A stretch of 64,000 nt of DNA, from NCBI GenBank assembly GCA_040757035.1, contig JBFLYM010000003.1:1079-65078 (forward strand), written 5' to 3'. Positions 1-10,745 of this stretch are shown here, one piece after another. The first letter of the stretch is position 1. Every line of letters begins with the position of its first letter. The stretch is from Candidatus Micrarchaeota archaeon. Lineage in GTDB: Archaea > Micrarchaeota > Micrarchaeia > Anstonellales > Bilamarchaeaceae. Both the position numbers and the translations under genes were made by a program. Below the pieces are notes generated by a model that ran no database searches, had not been told where the DNA came from, and worked only from the letters and a program-made list of their open reading frames with translations.

Positions 1-525
1 ATTTTACTTTTAAAAACACTTGCAGCATCGGTCGGCAATCCAGTGAAGTACGAAACTCTCAGTCAGCAATCCGGAGTTTCTTATAATGAAGTGAAATCAA
101 TGCTGCCACTATTGCAGGACGCGCTTGTAATAGGCATAATCAAACCATTTTATAAAAATATTTCAACCGAAATAAGGAAAAATCCAAAGGTGTATTTTTT
201 AGACAATGGGTTTAGAAATAATCTTTTGGGTGATTTTTCAGGAAATATAACTGGGCAAGCGCTAGAGAATTTTGTATATTGCCAACTTATATCAAAGGGA
301 AAGATTAATTATTGGAGAACTACTTCTGGTGGAGAATTAGATTTTATTGTTGGTGATTTAGAAATAGCTGTAGAGGTTAAGAAAGCAGGAAAGACAAGCA
401 AATCATTTACAAATTTCCTGTGCAAATATGCGCCAAAGAAAACATTTATAGTGTCGTTGGACGAATTAGGTTATGGAGAAACAAATGGAAAAAAATACCT
501 TAAAATCCCAGCAGTGTATTTGTAG
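1..525 (+). CDS. 5'-partial AAA+ ATPase / DUF4143 protein (C-terminal wHTH and PD-(D/E)XK-like part)
   Basis: Frame is open from base 1. Motifs KNPKVYFLDNGFRN, GQALENFV and YWRT..GGELDFIV..IAVEVK are typical of DUF4143 C-termini. Confidence 0.85.
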   Translation: MLLLKTLAASVGNPVKYETLSQQSGVSYNEVKSMLPLLQDALVIGIIKPFYKNISTEIRKNPKVYFLDNGFRNNLLGDFSGNITGQALENFVYCQLISKGKINYWRTTSGGELDFIVGDLEIAVEVKKAGKTSKSFTNFLCKYAPKKTFIVSLDELGYGETNGKKYLKIPAVYL

Positions 526-546
526 CATTAAACAAAAAATGGTGGA

Positions 547-1062
547 TCAGCGTATTCGCTTTATTTTTTCTTCTAACGCTTTTCTATCATTTTCGCTAAG
601 AAATATATTATCCTTGAAAAAATTTAAATAAAATTCCTTTATCATTATTTTTGTCTTTTTAGGATCATTGATATAAGCAAGTTTCATATATTCATTATAC
701 TTCTTTTTACATTCTTGGTTTTGTTTATCATCTAAAAACATTAGGCATATTGCAGAGAGAAAATACGCTTCTGCATCATTTTTCTTTAACATTAATACGT
801 TATTCAAGGTTTCTAATGCATCTGCAAACTCAAGTATTTCCATCTTTATAAGAGCATAAAATTTTAGATATTCAGAATCTTTTTTTAGAGAAAGCGCGTG
901 TTCAAGCATTTCACATGCATATTCATAATTTTTAAGTTTATAAGAAACAATTGAACGCAAATAATAAAATCTATCATTATTGTTTTTTGCGATGTTTTCG
1001 TCTAATATCTTCGCAGCTTCAGAATATTTGCCATTATTTATAAGTGTTTCAATATCAATCAT
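547..1062 (-). CDS. Tetratricopeptide-repeat protein
   Basis: Helical TPR-like units (YYLRSIVSYKLKNYEYACEMLEHAL; DAEAYFLSAICLMFL). Confidence 0.7.
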   Translation of the reverse strand: MIDIETLINNGKYSEAAKILDENIAKNNNDRFYYLRSIVSYKLKNYEYACEMLEHALSLKKDSEYLKFYALIKMEILEFADALETLNNVLMLKKNDAEAYFLSAICLMFLDDKQNQECKKKYNEYMKLAYINDPKKTKIMIKEFYLNFFKDNIFLSENDRKALEEKIKRIR

Positions 1063-1085
1063 ATTTTATTTTTATTTGCCATTAT

Positions 1086-2681
1086 TTATAAGTGTTTCAA
1101 TGGTCGTAGGATACAATTAGATCTAACTTTAAAAAACCTAGCAACTAATTTAACTAATTTTTCTACTATCATGCAATCTATTTTGTTTAAACCACCTAAT
1201 TTTATGAGGAGAATACCATAAACAAGAAATGAAAGCGACGACGCAAATGCAACGCCGATTATTTCAAACAACAGACCATGCAGTGAAAAATCAAAAAGAT
1301 GTTTATAGGAAAGAATTACAACGAGCAACATTGAGATTAGCGGTATAATTGTTTTCAAAATTATGCGTGGCACTTCAAATTTTGCGAATTTATATGCGTA
1401 AAAAATAATTATTAATTCGTTTATAGAATACGAAAACGCTGTTGCATACGCCGCTCCGCTAACTCCATAAATTGGAATTAAGACAAGATTAAGTATAAAA
1501 TTAAGAACAAGTCCTATAAAAGAGGATTTGAACAGCAGATCTGCGCGTCCTACCGCAGAAATCGCGCTTCTTGCAGGATGAGACACTATTCCTATCGCAA
1601 TACCAGGAACAATGATATAAAAGAGCCAATAATAATCCGCATACGCTGGAAAAAGAATTTCTATGATTTCTCGCGCGAAAAAGAGAACGACAATTACCAA
1701 CGGAATAGTGGTATATACGCTCCATTTTACCGCATTATTCGCTAAAGATTTAAAGATTTTTGATTCCATTCCGTGCATATGCGTAAGCATGGGTGTTAAC
1801 ACAGAAAAGATTTGAGATGAAATTGTGTGCATCGCGGTTCTCGCCACATTCATAATAGAATTATACGCTCCGATTATATTTGATGAGGCATAATATCCCA
1901 ATACAATGGTATCAATATATCCCATTAAAACGGATGAAGATTGACTAAGCACAGCTGCAATTCCATACGAAGCGGTTTCCAAAATATCTCTGTAGCCAAG
2001 CAATCCAAATCTTCCTGAAAATTTTGCGAGTTTAATAAATATTGATATAAACATCGCAATATTCACTATCATAATTGACCAAAATGTTGCGTTAAGTGCA
2101 GATTCAACATTTTTTGTTGAGAACAAAAATAACACTGTAACAAGAACTAGTTTTAAAAATGGTAGAATCGCAGAATACAATGCGCATTCTTCAAATTTCC
2201 TTAAGCCAAACAATGCGGATAAAAGAATTGCGTTAAACGAAAGCGAAATACCTATAAATAAAGTTATTACAAGAACAGGCGCGATATCTTTATTATAGTA
2301 CGTTATTATGATATCATTTAGTGTATGAACACAAAAGGAGATCAAAACAGAGAATATTAAAAATGAGATAAGAGCAGTAAAGATGAGCGGTTTTATCTTA
2401 TCCTGTTTTTTTGCTCCTTCATAATAGGGAATAAATCTTGCGAGCGAATCGCCTATTCCTAAAATACCAATTGTTGCGATTATACTTGCAATTGCTAAAG
2501 AAAGAAAATAAATTCCTCCTTCTGCCGGAGTTATAACCCTTAAAATCAAAATATAAAACAGCAATCCACCTATTTTTGAGATTATTGCTGAAGTTATATT
2601 CAAAATGCCGCCCTTTGCGCCTTGTTTTGCAGCAATTATTCTGTCATCAATTTTATCATCATTCATCAATTTTATCATCAT
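1086..2681 (-). CDS. Oligosaccharide flippase (Wzx/MOP superfamily)
   Basis: Many transmembrane segments; motifs EGGIY, GIGDSLARFI, IDTIVLGYY..IGAY and LNLVLIPIYGVSGAAYAT. Confidence 0.85.
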   Translation of the reverse strand: MMIKLMNDDKIDDRIIAAKQGAKGGILNITSAIISKIGGLLFYILILRVITPAEGGIYFLSLAIASIIATIGILGIGDSLARFIPYYEGAKKQDKIKPLIFTALISFLIFSVLISFCVHTLNDIIITYYNKDIAPVLVITLFIGISLSFNAILLSALFGLRKFEECALYSAILPFLKLVLVTVLFLFSTKNVESALNATFWSIMIVNIAMFISIFIKLAKFSGRFGLLGYRDILETASYGIAAVLSQSSSVLMGYIDTIVLGYYASSNIIGAYNSIMNVARTAMHTISSQIFSVLTPMLTHMHGMESKIFKSLANNAVKWSVYTTIPLVIVVLFFAREIIEILFPAYADYYWLFYIIVPGIAIGIVSHPARSAISAVGRADLLFKSSFIGLVLNFILNLVLIPIYGVSGAAYATAFSYSINELIIIFYAYKFAKFEVPRIILKTIIPLISMLLVVILSYKHLFDFSLHGLLFEIIGVAFASSLSFLVYGILLIKLGGLNKIDCMIVEKLVKLVARFFKVRSNCILRPLKHL

Positions 2682-2698
2682 TTATCAATTTTATATTC

Positions 2699-3283
2699 TC
2701 AAGTTTCTGAATATATTATACTTACAAATCGCTCAAAAAAAGTAAGGACACACAATATCGCTGTAAACATCAGTACTATGGACGCGAGATATTCATTATC
2801 AAGCAAAACAAATAAATATGATATTAAAAGAAGAAAACTTCTTTCCATGCGTTCAAGCATTCCTGATATTTTCACTGCTTGTTCATGTCTTATCGCTTTG
2901 GTATATACGGCATACGCTTTAACAAAGCTGGTCATCCCTGTTCCAAAAAAAAGTATAATCAAAAGCCAGATATCATTCTGCAGGATGAACTGCGAAATAT
3001 GAATATTAAATAGCGTAAGAATTATTAAAAATTCAACAATGCGGTTCGCAATTCCGCACGTAAATTTTGCGCTTTGTATCTGTATACTAGCTTTTTGCGC
3101 AACTATATAACGCCATATGCCCATGAAAAATGCTAAAACAAAAAATCCAAATGAAATGCGACTGCTGTAATTATATACAAAATACGCGAGAAGTGCGAAA
3201 ATTACTGTAAGTGCTGAAATAAAATTGGAATTAAAAAATAATCCATCAAAAAATCCTTGAAATGTTTTATTATTTTTGAACAT
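2699..3283 (-). CDS. Degenerate CDP-alcohol phosphatidyltransferase-like membrane protein
   Basis: Retains N-x-I-S, NRIVE, TSFVKAYA and GMLERMER, but the DxxDGxxAR...DxxxD catalytic motif is absent. Confidence 0.65.
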   Translation of the reverse strand: MFKNNKTFQGFFDGLFFNSNFISALTVIFALLAYFVYNYSSRISFGFFVLAFFMGIWRYIVAQKASIQIQSAKFTCGIANRIVEFLIILTLFNIHISQFILQNDIWLLIILFFGTGMTSFVKAYAVYTKAIRHEQAVKISGMLERMERSFLLLISYLFVLLDNEYLASIVLMFTAILCVLTFFERFVSIIYSET

Positions 3284-3285
3284 AT

Positions 3286-4011
3286 TTATCTATACATACC
3301 GCCACTAGGTGGTCCGCCTTTTGTAATAACCTTAGATTTTATTACATTATCTTTCGCCTTATGACCGAGCCTACGCGCTTCTTTTTCAAGTTCAATAGTA
3401 TCTATCGGAACATCTATTATTTTTGACAATGTTTGTAATGCGTTTGATGCCGCCTTTGGATCCACAAAGTCTGGGTTAGCTTCTGCGAGTACAGCAAGAA
3501 TAGAGTAATCGCTCATGCTTCCAATCGCAAGCAATGTTCCGGCAACTCCGGTAGTCGCGCCTTCCTTTATGCTTTTTCCTATTTTTTTGGAGATAAGCGA
3601 CTCCACACTCTCCTTTTCATTTCCAACAAGATAAACAGCATTTTCGGATCCCTTTAATGAGATTCCACCTATTGAAATTATTTTTTTGGATTTTAATTCA
3701 GTCGCGAATTCAAGAATTTTTATTGCGAGTTCATTAGAAACCGCAACCGGAACAACTATCTCGCTCAAAATCACAATTATATTTTTATCTTTTGAATAAT
3801 AAATTCTAACTGGTGGAAGCGGCGTATAATTATGTATCGCCGCGAGCGGTGCGAATTCATTGCTCATAACGTATCCAATGATAACAAATCCGCATTTCTC
3901 AACTAAGTATGATGTTGCCACGCTTCCAACTAATCCAATCCCAGGAAAACCAACTATAAAAAGCGGTTCTTTTGCATCTATCTGAGATGTCCGAATTATT
4001 TCAATTGCCAT
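3286..4011 (-). CDS. Proteasome assembly chaperone (PAC2 family)
   Basis: GFPGIGLVG, PPVRIY and DPKAA motifs; C-terminal HbYX motif MYR. Start placed at ATG 4011. Confidence 0.9.
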   Translation of the reverse strand: MAIEIIRTSQIDAKEPLFIVGFPGIGLVGSVATSYLVEKCGFVIIGYVMSNEFAPLAAIHNYTPLPPVRIYYSKDKNIIVILSEIVVPVAVSNELAIKILEFATELKSKKIISIGGISLKGSENAVYLVGNEKESVESLISKKIGKSIKEGATTGVAGTLLAIGSMSDYSILAVLAEANPDFVDPKAASNALQTLSKIIDVPIDTIELEKEARRLGHKAKDNVIKSKVITKGGPPSGGMYR

Positions 4012-4072
4012 AAATGTAAAATATTTCTCAAACTTTATAAATATTAACAAAGTATATTAACACTTAATATTT

Positions 4073-5230
4073 TCAATATTTTATTCTTTGCACATGCTCA
4101 ATATCCTTGTCGCCTCTTCCGGACAGGTTCACAATAATTATTTTGTTTTTATCTATTTTTTCCGCAATCTTCACTGCATACGCAACAGCATGGGCGCTTT
4201 CAAGCGCTGGAATTATTCCCTCGCATTTTGAAAGGAGGTAAAAGGCATCAAGCGCCTCATTATCCAAAACCGAAACATATTCTACCCGGTTTTCATCGTG
4301 AAGTTGCGAGTGTTCCGGACCCACAGCAGGATAATCTAGCCCTGCGGATATTGAGTGAGTATCCATTATCTGGCCGTTCTCGTCCTCAAGCAAGTAGCTA
4401 AACATTCCGTGCAATATTCCTGGTTTTCCATAACCGGTAAGCCGGGCTGCGTGCTTTTTTCCGTCTCCGCCAGCTTCAACACCGATCATTTTTACGTTTG
4501 TATCCATAAACGGATAGAACAAACCGATCGCATTACTTCCACCGCCTACGCATGCAACCAGGTAATTCGGCAGTTTTCCCTCTGCTTCTAGGATTTGCGC
4601 CCGCGCTTCCTTTCCGATTACCGATTGAAAATCCCTTACCATTGTAGGATAAGGATGCGGACCGAGTGCAGAACCCAGAAGATAATGTGTATTTTGAAAA
4701 TTCGCAGTGTAATCCCTTAGCGCGTCATTTACCGCATCTTTGAGCATTTGCGAACCACTCTCTACTATGTTGATTTTTGCTCCAAGAAGGTTCATTCTAA
4801 AAACATTTGGTTTCTGCCTTTCTACATCTATTTTGCCCATGTAAATTTCGCATTTCATTCCAAAAAGCGCTGCGGCTGCGGCTGTTGCGACTCCATGCTG
4901 TCCTGCCCCGGTTTCGGCAATTATCCTTTCTTTTCCCATTTTTTTCGCAAGTAAAATTTGTCCGATTGCATTGTTTATTTTGTGCGCTCCGGTATGAAGC
5001 AAATCCTCGCGCTTAAGATAGATTTTTGCTCCACCAATTTTTTTAGTTAATCGCGATGCAAAATAAAGCGGAGTTTCTCTTCCTGCATAATGTTTTAGAT
5101 AATAAGCGAATTCCTTTTGAAATGCAGTGTCTTCTCTATATTTCACATATGCCTGTTCAAGTTCGGCAAGGGCAGGAACCAATGTTTCGGGTATGAATTG
5201 CCCGCCGTATTTTCCAAAATAGCGGTTCAT
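4073..5230 (-). CDS. trpB: Tryptophan synthase beta chain (TrpB1 type)
   Basis: [17 protein letters not shown]-lysine motif [23 protein letters not shown] and NLSGRGDKD. Start placed at ATG 5230. Confidence 0.95.
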   Translation of the reverse strand: MNRYFGKYGGQFIPETLVPALAELEQAYVKYREDTAFQKEFAYYLKHYAGRETPLYFASRLTKKIGGAKIYLKREDLLHTGAHKINNAIGQILLAKKMGKERIIAETGAGQHGVATAAAAALFGMKCEIYMGKIDVERQKPNVFRMNLLGAKINIVESGSQMLKDAVNDALRDYTANFQNTHYLLGSALGPHPYPTMVRDFQSVIGKEARAQILEAEGKLPNYLVACVGGGSNAIGLFYPFMDTNVKMIGVEAGGDGKKHAARLTGYGKPGILHGMFSYLLEDENGQIMDTHSISAGLDYPAVGPEHSQLHDENRVEYVSVLDNEALDAFYLLSKCEGIIPALESAHAVAYAVKIAEKIDKNKIIIVNLSGRGDKDIEHVQRIKY

Positions 5231-5385
5231 GAGTTTGATTACTTTAGTAATTCTTTTAATGGTTTGCCGGTACTTTGTATTTTTCAAGCAGCCAATATCA
5301 AAGCGGAATGTATTTCGTAACCACGTCTCTTTAATTCTAAAAAAAACAACATTCTCTGCAGGTCTATTATTATCTTTTGAATGCA

Positions 5386-6696
5386 TTAATAAGTCTGTTT
5401 TTGTTCTTTGTGTGCATTCTCTGTCTTTTCACGTAGTTCTTTAATAATCTTCTCTATGTTTTTTACTTTAACCTCCATTGATGCTTCACTCTCACTCAAT
5501 GCATTAATAAGTCTGTTTTTTAATTCTTCATTTAATTGCTTGGTGTCAGCAGGCTTTTGTAATATTTTTTCAAGTGCCCATGCTGCATTCCTTCTTACAT
5601 TTTCATCTTCATCTTCATCCTCTAATACTCTAATCAAAGGTCCAACAGCGCTTACATCTCCCAATTTTCCAAGTGCATCTGCTGCACGTGCTCTTACATT
5701 TTCATCTTCATCCTCTAATGCTCTAATCAAAGGTCCAACAGCGCTTACATCTCTTAATTCTCCAAGTGCCCATGCTGCATTCATTCTTACATTTTCATGT
5801 TTATCCTCTAATGCTCTAATCAAAGATCCAACAGCGCTTACATCTCCTATTCTTCCAAGTGCCCATGCTGCATTCATTCTTACATTTTCATCTTCATCCT
5901 CTAATGCTCTAATCAAAGGTCCAACAGCGTGTTCTCCTAATTTTCCAAGTGCCCATGCTGCATTCCTTCTTACATTTTCATCTTCATCCTCTAATGCTCT
6001 AATCAAAGGTCCAACAGCGCTTACATCTCCCAATTTTCCAAGTGCATCTGCTGCACATGCTCTTACATTTTCATGTTTATCCTCTAATACTCTAATCAAA
6101 GGTCCAACAGCGCTTACATCTCTTAATTTTCCAAGTGCCCATGCTGCATTCATTCTTACATTTTCATCTTCATCTTCATCCTCTAATACTCTAATCAAAG
6201 GTCCAACAGCGCTTACATCTCCCAATTTTCCAAGTGCCTCTGCTGCACGTGCTCTTACATTTTCATGTTTATCCTCTAATACTCTAATCAAAGGTCCAAC
6301 AGCGCTTACATCTCTTAATTCTCCAAGTGCCCATGCTGCATTCCTTCTTACATTTTCATGTTTATCCTCTAATGCTCTAATCAAAGATCCAACAGCGCTT
6401 ACATCTCTCAATTTTCCAAGTGCCCATGCTGCATTCCTTCTTACATTTTCATCTTCATCCTCTAATACTCTAATCAAAGGTCCAACAGCGCTTACATCTC
6501 TTAATTCTCCAAGTGCCCATGCTGCATTCCTTCTTACATTTTCATGTTTATCCTCTAATGCTCTAATCAAAGATCCAACAGCGCTTACATCTCTCAATTT
6601 TCCAAGTGCCTCTGCTGCACTGCTTCTTACATTTTCATCTTCATCCTCTAATGCTCTAATCAATTTTTTAATACGATCCTCAACATTCTCTGTCAT
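5386..6696 (-). CDS. HEAT/PBS-lyase repeat protein (12 repeats)
   Basis: Repeated L-E-D-x-x-E-N-V-R-x-x-A-A-x-A-L-G consensus; GGGTGA ribosome-binding site before the ATG. Confidence 0.92.
   Translation of the reverse strand: MTENVEDRIKKLIRALEDEDENVRSSAAEALGKLRDVSAVGSLIRALEDKHENVRRNAAWALGELRDVSAVGPLIRVLEDEDENVRRNAAWALGKLRDVSAVGSLIRALEDKHENVRRNAAWALGELRDVSAVGPLIRVLEDKHENVRARAAEALGKLGDVSAVGPLIRVLEDEDEDENVRMNAAWALGKLRDVSAVGPLIRVLEDKHENVRACAADALGKLGDVSAVGPLIRALEDEDENVRRNAAWALGKLGEHAVGPLIRALEDEDENVRMNAAWALGRIGDVSAVGSLIRALEDKHENVRMNAAWALGELRDVSAVGPLIRALEDEDENVRARAADALGKLGDVSAVGPLIRVLEDEDEDENVRRNAAWALEKILQKPADTKQLNEELKNRLINALSESEASMEVKVKNIEKIIKELREKTENAHKEQKQTY
5570..6662 (-). repeat. Intragenic tandem array of near-identical 90-99 bp units
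   Basis: Repeated tcttacattttcat...cctctaat(a/g)ctctaatcaaag(g/a)tccaacagcg units on the + strand. Confidence 0.95.
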
Positions 6697-6837
6697 CTTT
6701 CATCACCCTTATTTGATATTATAAATTGTAAAAATTTATAAATTGCACGGGTTATCTCGAAAACTCGCACCGAAAAGCGTAAGAATTTTTCTGTTGAATA
6801 TATTTGATATATAGCAAATAGGTAAATAGGTAAAAAT

Positions 6838-7275
6838 ATGGAAAGGGTTCTCATTATTATTGGAAGCGAAAGCGATAGAAAAATTTCTGAAAAGGCAGAA
6901 GAAATTTTGAATGAATTCCAAGTGAAATTTAGAACCGAAGTAGCCTCTGCGCATAGAAATCCGGAAAAACTAGAAAAAATCTTGAAAAAAACAAACGCAA
7001 ATGTGATTATTGCGATTGCTGGTTTAAGTGCACATCTCCCCGGCGTTTGCGCATCAAAAACAATAAAACCAGTTATAGGTGTGCCAGTAAATGTAAAGCT
7101 TGAAGGTTTGGACGCGTTATTGAGTATAATGAATATGCCTTCAGGAATTCCTGTTGCAAGCGTTGGGGTTGATAGTGGAAAAAACGCGGCATTACTCGCG
7201 CTTCAGATATTTGCGGTTTCGGACAAAAAATTACAAAAAAAACTTTCAGAATATCGCAAAAAAATCGTGATATAA
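6838..7275 (+). CDS. purE: N5-carboxyaminoimidazole ribonucleotide mutase
   Basis: [27 protein letters not shown] and [10 protein letters not shown]. Confidence 0.95.
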   Translation: MERVLIIIGSESDRKISEKAEEILNEFQVKFRTEVASAHRNPEKLEKILKKTNANVIIAIAGLSAHLPGVCASKTIKPVIGVPVNVKLEGLDALLSIMNMPSGIPVASVGVDSGKNAALLALQIFAVSDKKLQKKLSEYRKKIVI

Positions 7276-7866
7276 ATCAAATTTCACCTTCCCAATCTGC
7301 TTAAAAAACTCAAGCGCGGACCTGCAATAATTCATCCAAAAGATGCAGGTATGATAATTGCGTACACAGGAATAGGAAAAAACAGTATTGTTGTTGAAGC
7401 AGGTGCAGGAAGCGGATTCTTCACCATCGCGCTTGCGAATATTTGTAAAAAAGTCTATGCGTATGAATGGAAAAAAGAATTTTTTGAGCTTGCAACAAAC
7501 AATTTGAAACGCGTCGCAACTGATAATAAAATTGATAATAATATAAATAACGTTGAGTTAAAAAACAAGAATATTTTTGAAGGGATAGAAGAAAAGGAAG
7601 TTGATTTGGTAACTTTGGATTTACCTAACGCTGAAAAATGTGTTGCGCTCGCACACAACGCGCTCAAAAACAATGGATGGCTTACAGGCTATTTTCCCAA
7701 TATTGAACAAGCAAAAATATTTTATATAGAATGCCACAAGATAGGATTTTCCGAAATATTTGCGCTTGAGAATATAGTACGAGAATATGAAATACGAGAA
7801 TATGGTGTAAGACCCATACATGTTGGATTAATGCACACCGCGTACTTGATTTTCGCGAAAAAATAG
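7276..7866 (+). CDS. trmI: tRNA (adenine-N1) methyltransferase TrmI/Gcd14 family, short form; start uncertain (ATC 7276?)
   Basis: KRGPAIIHPKDAG lies upstream of the first ATG (7351); VEAGAGSG, LDLP and HTAYLIFAKK follow. Confidence 0.85.
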   Translation: MKFHLPNLLKKLKRGPAIIHPKDAGMIIAYTGIGKNSIVVEAGAGSGFFTIALANICKKVYAYEWKKEFFELATNNLKRVATDNKIDNNINNVELKNKNIFEGIEEKEVDLVTLDLPNAEKCVALAHNALKNNGWLTGYFPNIEQAKIFYIECHKIGFSEIFALENIVREYEIREYGVRPIHVGLMHTAYLIFAKK

Positions 7867-8116
7867 ATTTAAATATTTTTCTCTTTTTATGTTTTATGCT
7901 TATTAAAATTTAAAATTTTTAAAAATTAAAAAAAGAATTGATGTTAAATCATTGTGCATAATTACGCATATTAAATATTAATACTAAATTTAAATAAATT
8001 TAAATTAAATATTATCTTTGTTATCTTTATAGATTTATCTTTAATCTTTAAATAGTTAGATAATTTAGATAAATAAAAATAAATAAATAAAATATAGATA
8101 AAATAGGTGAATAAAT

Positions 8117-9781
8117 ATGGCAAGACAAGTAGGAGGACAAGAAGGATATATCATGCCGGAAGGTGCTCAGCGCGTACTTGGAAGGGACGCAATGAGAATA
8201 AATATTGCAATTGGATATGCAGTTGCTAACATAATAAAAACCACGCTTGGTCCAAAGGGCATGGATAAGATGTTAGTTTCAGATTTGGGCGATATTGTAA
8301 TTACAAATGATGGAGCCACGATTTTAGAAGAAATGAACGTTGAGCATCCAGCGGCAAAACTTATGGTTGAAGTTGCTAAAACGCAAGATAAAGAAGTTGG
8401 AGATGGAACCACAACAAGTGTTGTTATTGCAGGCAATTTGCTTAAAAAGGCTGGCGATTTGCTTGATCAAAATATTCATCCAACTACTGTAATAAAAGGT
8501 TATGAATTTGCGTGTAAAAAAGCAGAAGATGCACTTATAAGGATTTCAAGCAAAGTCTCACCAGAAGACAATGAAATTCTAAAGAAAATCGCTCTTATTG
8601 CGATGGGTTCAAAAGGAATAGGAAGCGAACGCGAAAAAATCAAAATAGCAGACATTATTGTAAGAGCAGTAAAGCAAATAATAGAAAAAAAGGATAATAA
8701 GATTGTTATTGATGCTGATCTTATAAAAATAGAGAAAAAGGCCGGTGGCGAAGTAATGGATACAGACATCATTATTGGTGTTTTGGTAGATAAAGAAGTA
8801 GTACACGCAGGAATGCCAAAAGAATTAAAAAATGCAAACATCGCACTTATCGATGTTGCACTTGAAATCGAAAAAACAGAAATAGATGCAAAAATAGAGA
8901 TTACAAGTCCGGCTCAAATGGAATCATTCCTTAAACAAGAAGAAAAAATGCTTAAGGATATGGTTGATAAAATTTCTTCTACAGGCGCAACAGCAGTGTT
9001 TTGTCAAAAAGGAATTGATGATGTTGCACAACATTATCTTTCCAAATTAGGAATAATAGCCATAAGAAGGGTAAAAAAGAGTGATATGGAAAAACTCGCA
9101 AGAGCAACCGGAGCAAAAATTGCTTCAAGTCTTGAGGATCTTACAGCAAAAGATTTGGGTTTTGCCGGTGCAATATCAGAACGCAAAATTGCTGGAGAGG
9201 CAATGGTATTTGTTGAAAATTGCAAAGATCCAAAAAGTGTATCTATCTTTGTAAGAGGCGGTACTGACCACGTTGTAAGTGAAGTGGAGAGAGCGGTAAA
9301 AGATGCTATAGGTTCTGTTTCAGCAAGCCTGGAAGATGGCACGTATGTAACTGGAGGAGGAAGTGTTGAAATGGAACTTTCAAAAGAATTAATGACCTAT
9401 GCAACTGAGATAGGTGGAAGGGAGCAACTTGCAATTCAAGCATTCGCAGAATCGCTTGAATCAATTCCTAAAACACTTGCAGAAAATGCAGGAATGGATT
9501 CCATAGACACTTTGGTATCGCTTAGAAATAAGCACAAACATAAAGATGATGATGGAAAATATATAGGCGTTGATGTTCTGTCTGGTAAAATTGGTGATAT
9601 GAACAAAAACGGAGTATTAGAACCTGCAAAAGTGAAAAGACAGGCAATAACTAGTGCAACAGAAACCGCAAGACTTATTCTTAGAATTGACGATATTATC
9701 AGTTCAAAAGGTAAGAGTGGACCAAGTCCAGGAGGTCCTGGGGGTCCTGGAGGAATGGGAGGAGGTCCAGAAGAAATGTAG
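8117..9781 (+). CDS. ths: Thermosome subunit (group II chaperonin)
   Basis: [27 protein letters not shown] and Gly/Met-rich tail; AGGTGA ribosome-binding site. Confidence 0.97.
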   Translation: MARQVGGQEGYIMPEGAQRVLGRDAMRINIAIGYAVANIIKTTLGPKGMDKMLVSDLGDIVITNDGATILEEMNVEHPAAKLMVEVAKTQDKEVGDGTTTSVVIAGNLLKKAGDLLDQNIHPTTVIKGYEFACKKAEDALIRISSKVSPEDNEILKKIALIAMGSKGIGSEREKIKIADIIVRAVKQIIEKKDNKIVIDADLIKIEKKAGGEVMDTDIIIGVLVDKEVVHAGMPKELKNANIALIDVALEIEKTEIDAKIEITSPAQMESFLKQEEKMLKDMVDKISSTGATAVFCQKGIDDVAQHYLSKLGIIAIRRVKKSDMEKLARATGAKIASSLEDLTAKDLGFAGAISERKIAGEAMVFVENCKDPKSVSIFVRGGTDHVVSEVERAVKDAIGSVSASLEDGTYVTGGGSVEMELSKELMTYATEIGGREQLAIQAFAESLESIPKTLAENAGMDSIDTLVSLRNKHKHKDDDGKYIGVDVLSGKIGDMNKNGVLEPAKVKRQAITSATETARLILRIDDIISSKGKSGPSPGGPGGPGGMGGGPEEM

Positions 9782-9832
9782 ATTTTTTAATTCTTTGCTC
9801 TTTGTTTCAATTTTTTTGTTTTTAATTTTTTA

Positions 9833-10675
9833 TTATCTATCTAATTTTTCGTATTCTTTTTTATATTCTCTTTGCATGATTAAAGCATCAATATCTAATT
9901 TTGGCGTTTCGCATATTATTGTCCCCCGATAACCATTTTCAGAAAGTACTTTCATTAAAGGCTTGTACGGAGGTTGGTTGTTCGTCCCTAAAACAACATG
10001 GTTCAATTCTCCTTTTTCGTTATAATTTATCTCTGAAAAATGGCAGTGCATGTTTTTTGTATATTCGGGTAATTCTTTTTCTAAAATTGAAAAAATCTTT
10101 CTGTAGTCCTCTTCGCTTTTTATAGAAAAATCGCCCCTTGCGTGCAAATGCGCGAAATCTAAAACAGGTGTTACACATTCCAAATCTTGCGCCATGCGTA
10201 TATTTTCATAAAAACCTCCGAACGCGCTTTTCTTTCCAACAGTCTCAGCTCCGAGTACGCATTTTATTTTTTCTTCACTCATTCTTTCTTTTATCTCCAA
10301 GAGGCGTTTTTTTGCTGTTTTGAATGCCTCTTCTCTGCCCAATGTTTGATAAAAACCAGGATGGAAAACGGTGATTTTTCCATTAACGAGAAAAGTCGCC
10401 TTTGCGGCAAGAAAAATATGTCGCTTGCTATTTTCACTTTTTACGTTGTTTGGGGTACATAAATTTATATAATATGGTGCATGAGAAGAAATACTAACGT
10501 CTAACTCATTTGCCTTTTTTTTCACTTTTTTCGCGGTCTCGTCATTCATTTTTACTCCACGCACGAATTCTATCTCCATTGCATCCAACCCAAGCTTTTT
10601 GCAGCATTCTACTCCTTTCAGGGTGCTTACTTCTTCGCATTGAATTGGAATTCCTGCTGGACCGAATCTTATCAT
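9833..10675 (-). CDS. nfo: Endonuclease IV (AP endonuclease family 2)
   Basis: RFGPAG, HAPYYINL, HPG, DFAHLHAR, HCHFS and ICETP metal-ligand motifs. Confidence 0.9.
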   Translation of the reverse strand: MIRFGPAGIPIQCEEVSTLKGVECCKKLGLDAMEIEFVRGVKMNDETAKKVKKKANELDVSISSHAPYYINLCTPNNVKSENSKRHIFLAAKATFLVNGKITVFHPGFYQTLGREEAFKTAKKRLLEIKERMSEEKIKCVLGAETVGKKSAFGGFYENIRMAQDLECVTPVLDFAHLHARGDFSIKSEEDYRKIFSILEKELPEYTKNMHCHFSEINYNEKGELNHVVLGTNNQPPYKPLMKVLSENGYRGTIICETPKLDIDALIMQREYKKEYEKLDR

Positions 10676-10745
10676 AAATTGTCAACCATTAATCGTTTTA
10701 TTTATGTTGTTCTTTATTAAGGCTTTTTATGGCTAATTGCGAGCA

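Noticed and set aside
5231-5386. 52-aa N-terminal extension of TrpB, or a trp attenuator leader
   Set aside because: TrpB homology begins at Met 5230; only one Trp codon and no convincing terminator/antiterminator.
5570-6662. Possible CRISPR array
   Set aside because: Units are in-frame coding repeats with no unique spacers, and no cas genes are present.
5408-6724. 438-aa antisense ORF over the HEAT gene
   Set aside because: Shadow of the repetitive minus-strand gene; low-complexity Ser/Ala/Phe translation.
7867-8116. Very AT-rich 250-bp intergenic region as a replication origin
   Set aside because: No ORB-like repeats and no adjacent orc1/cdc6; more simply the thermosome promoter region.
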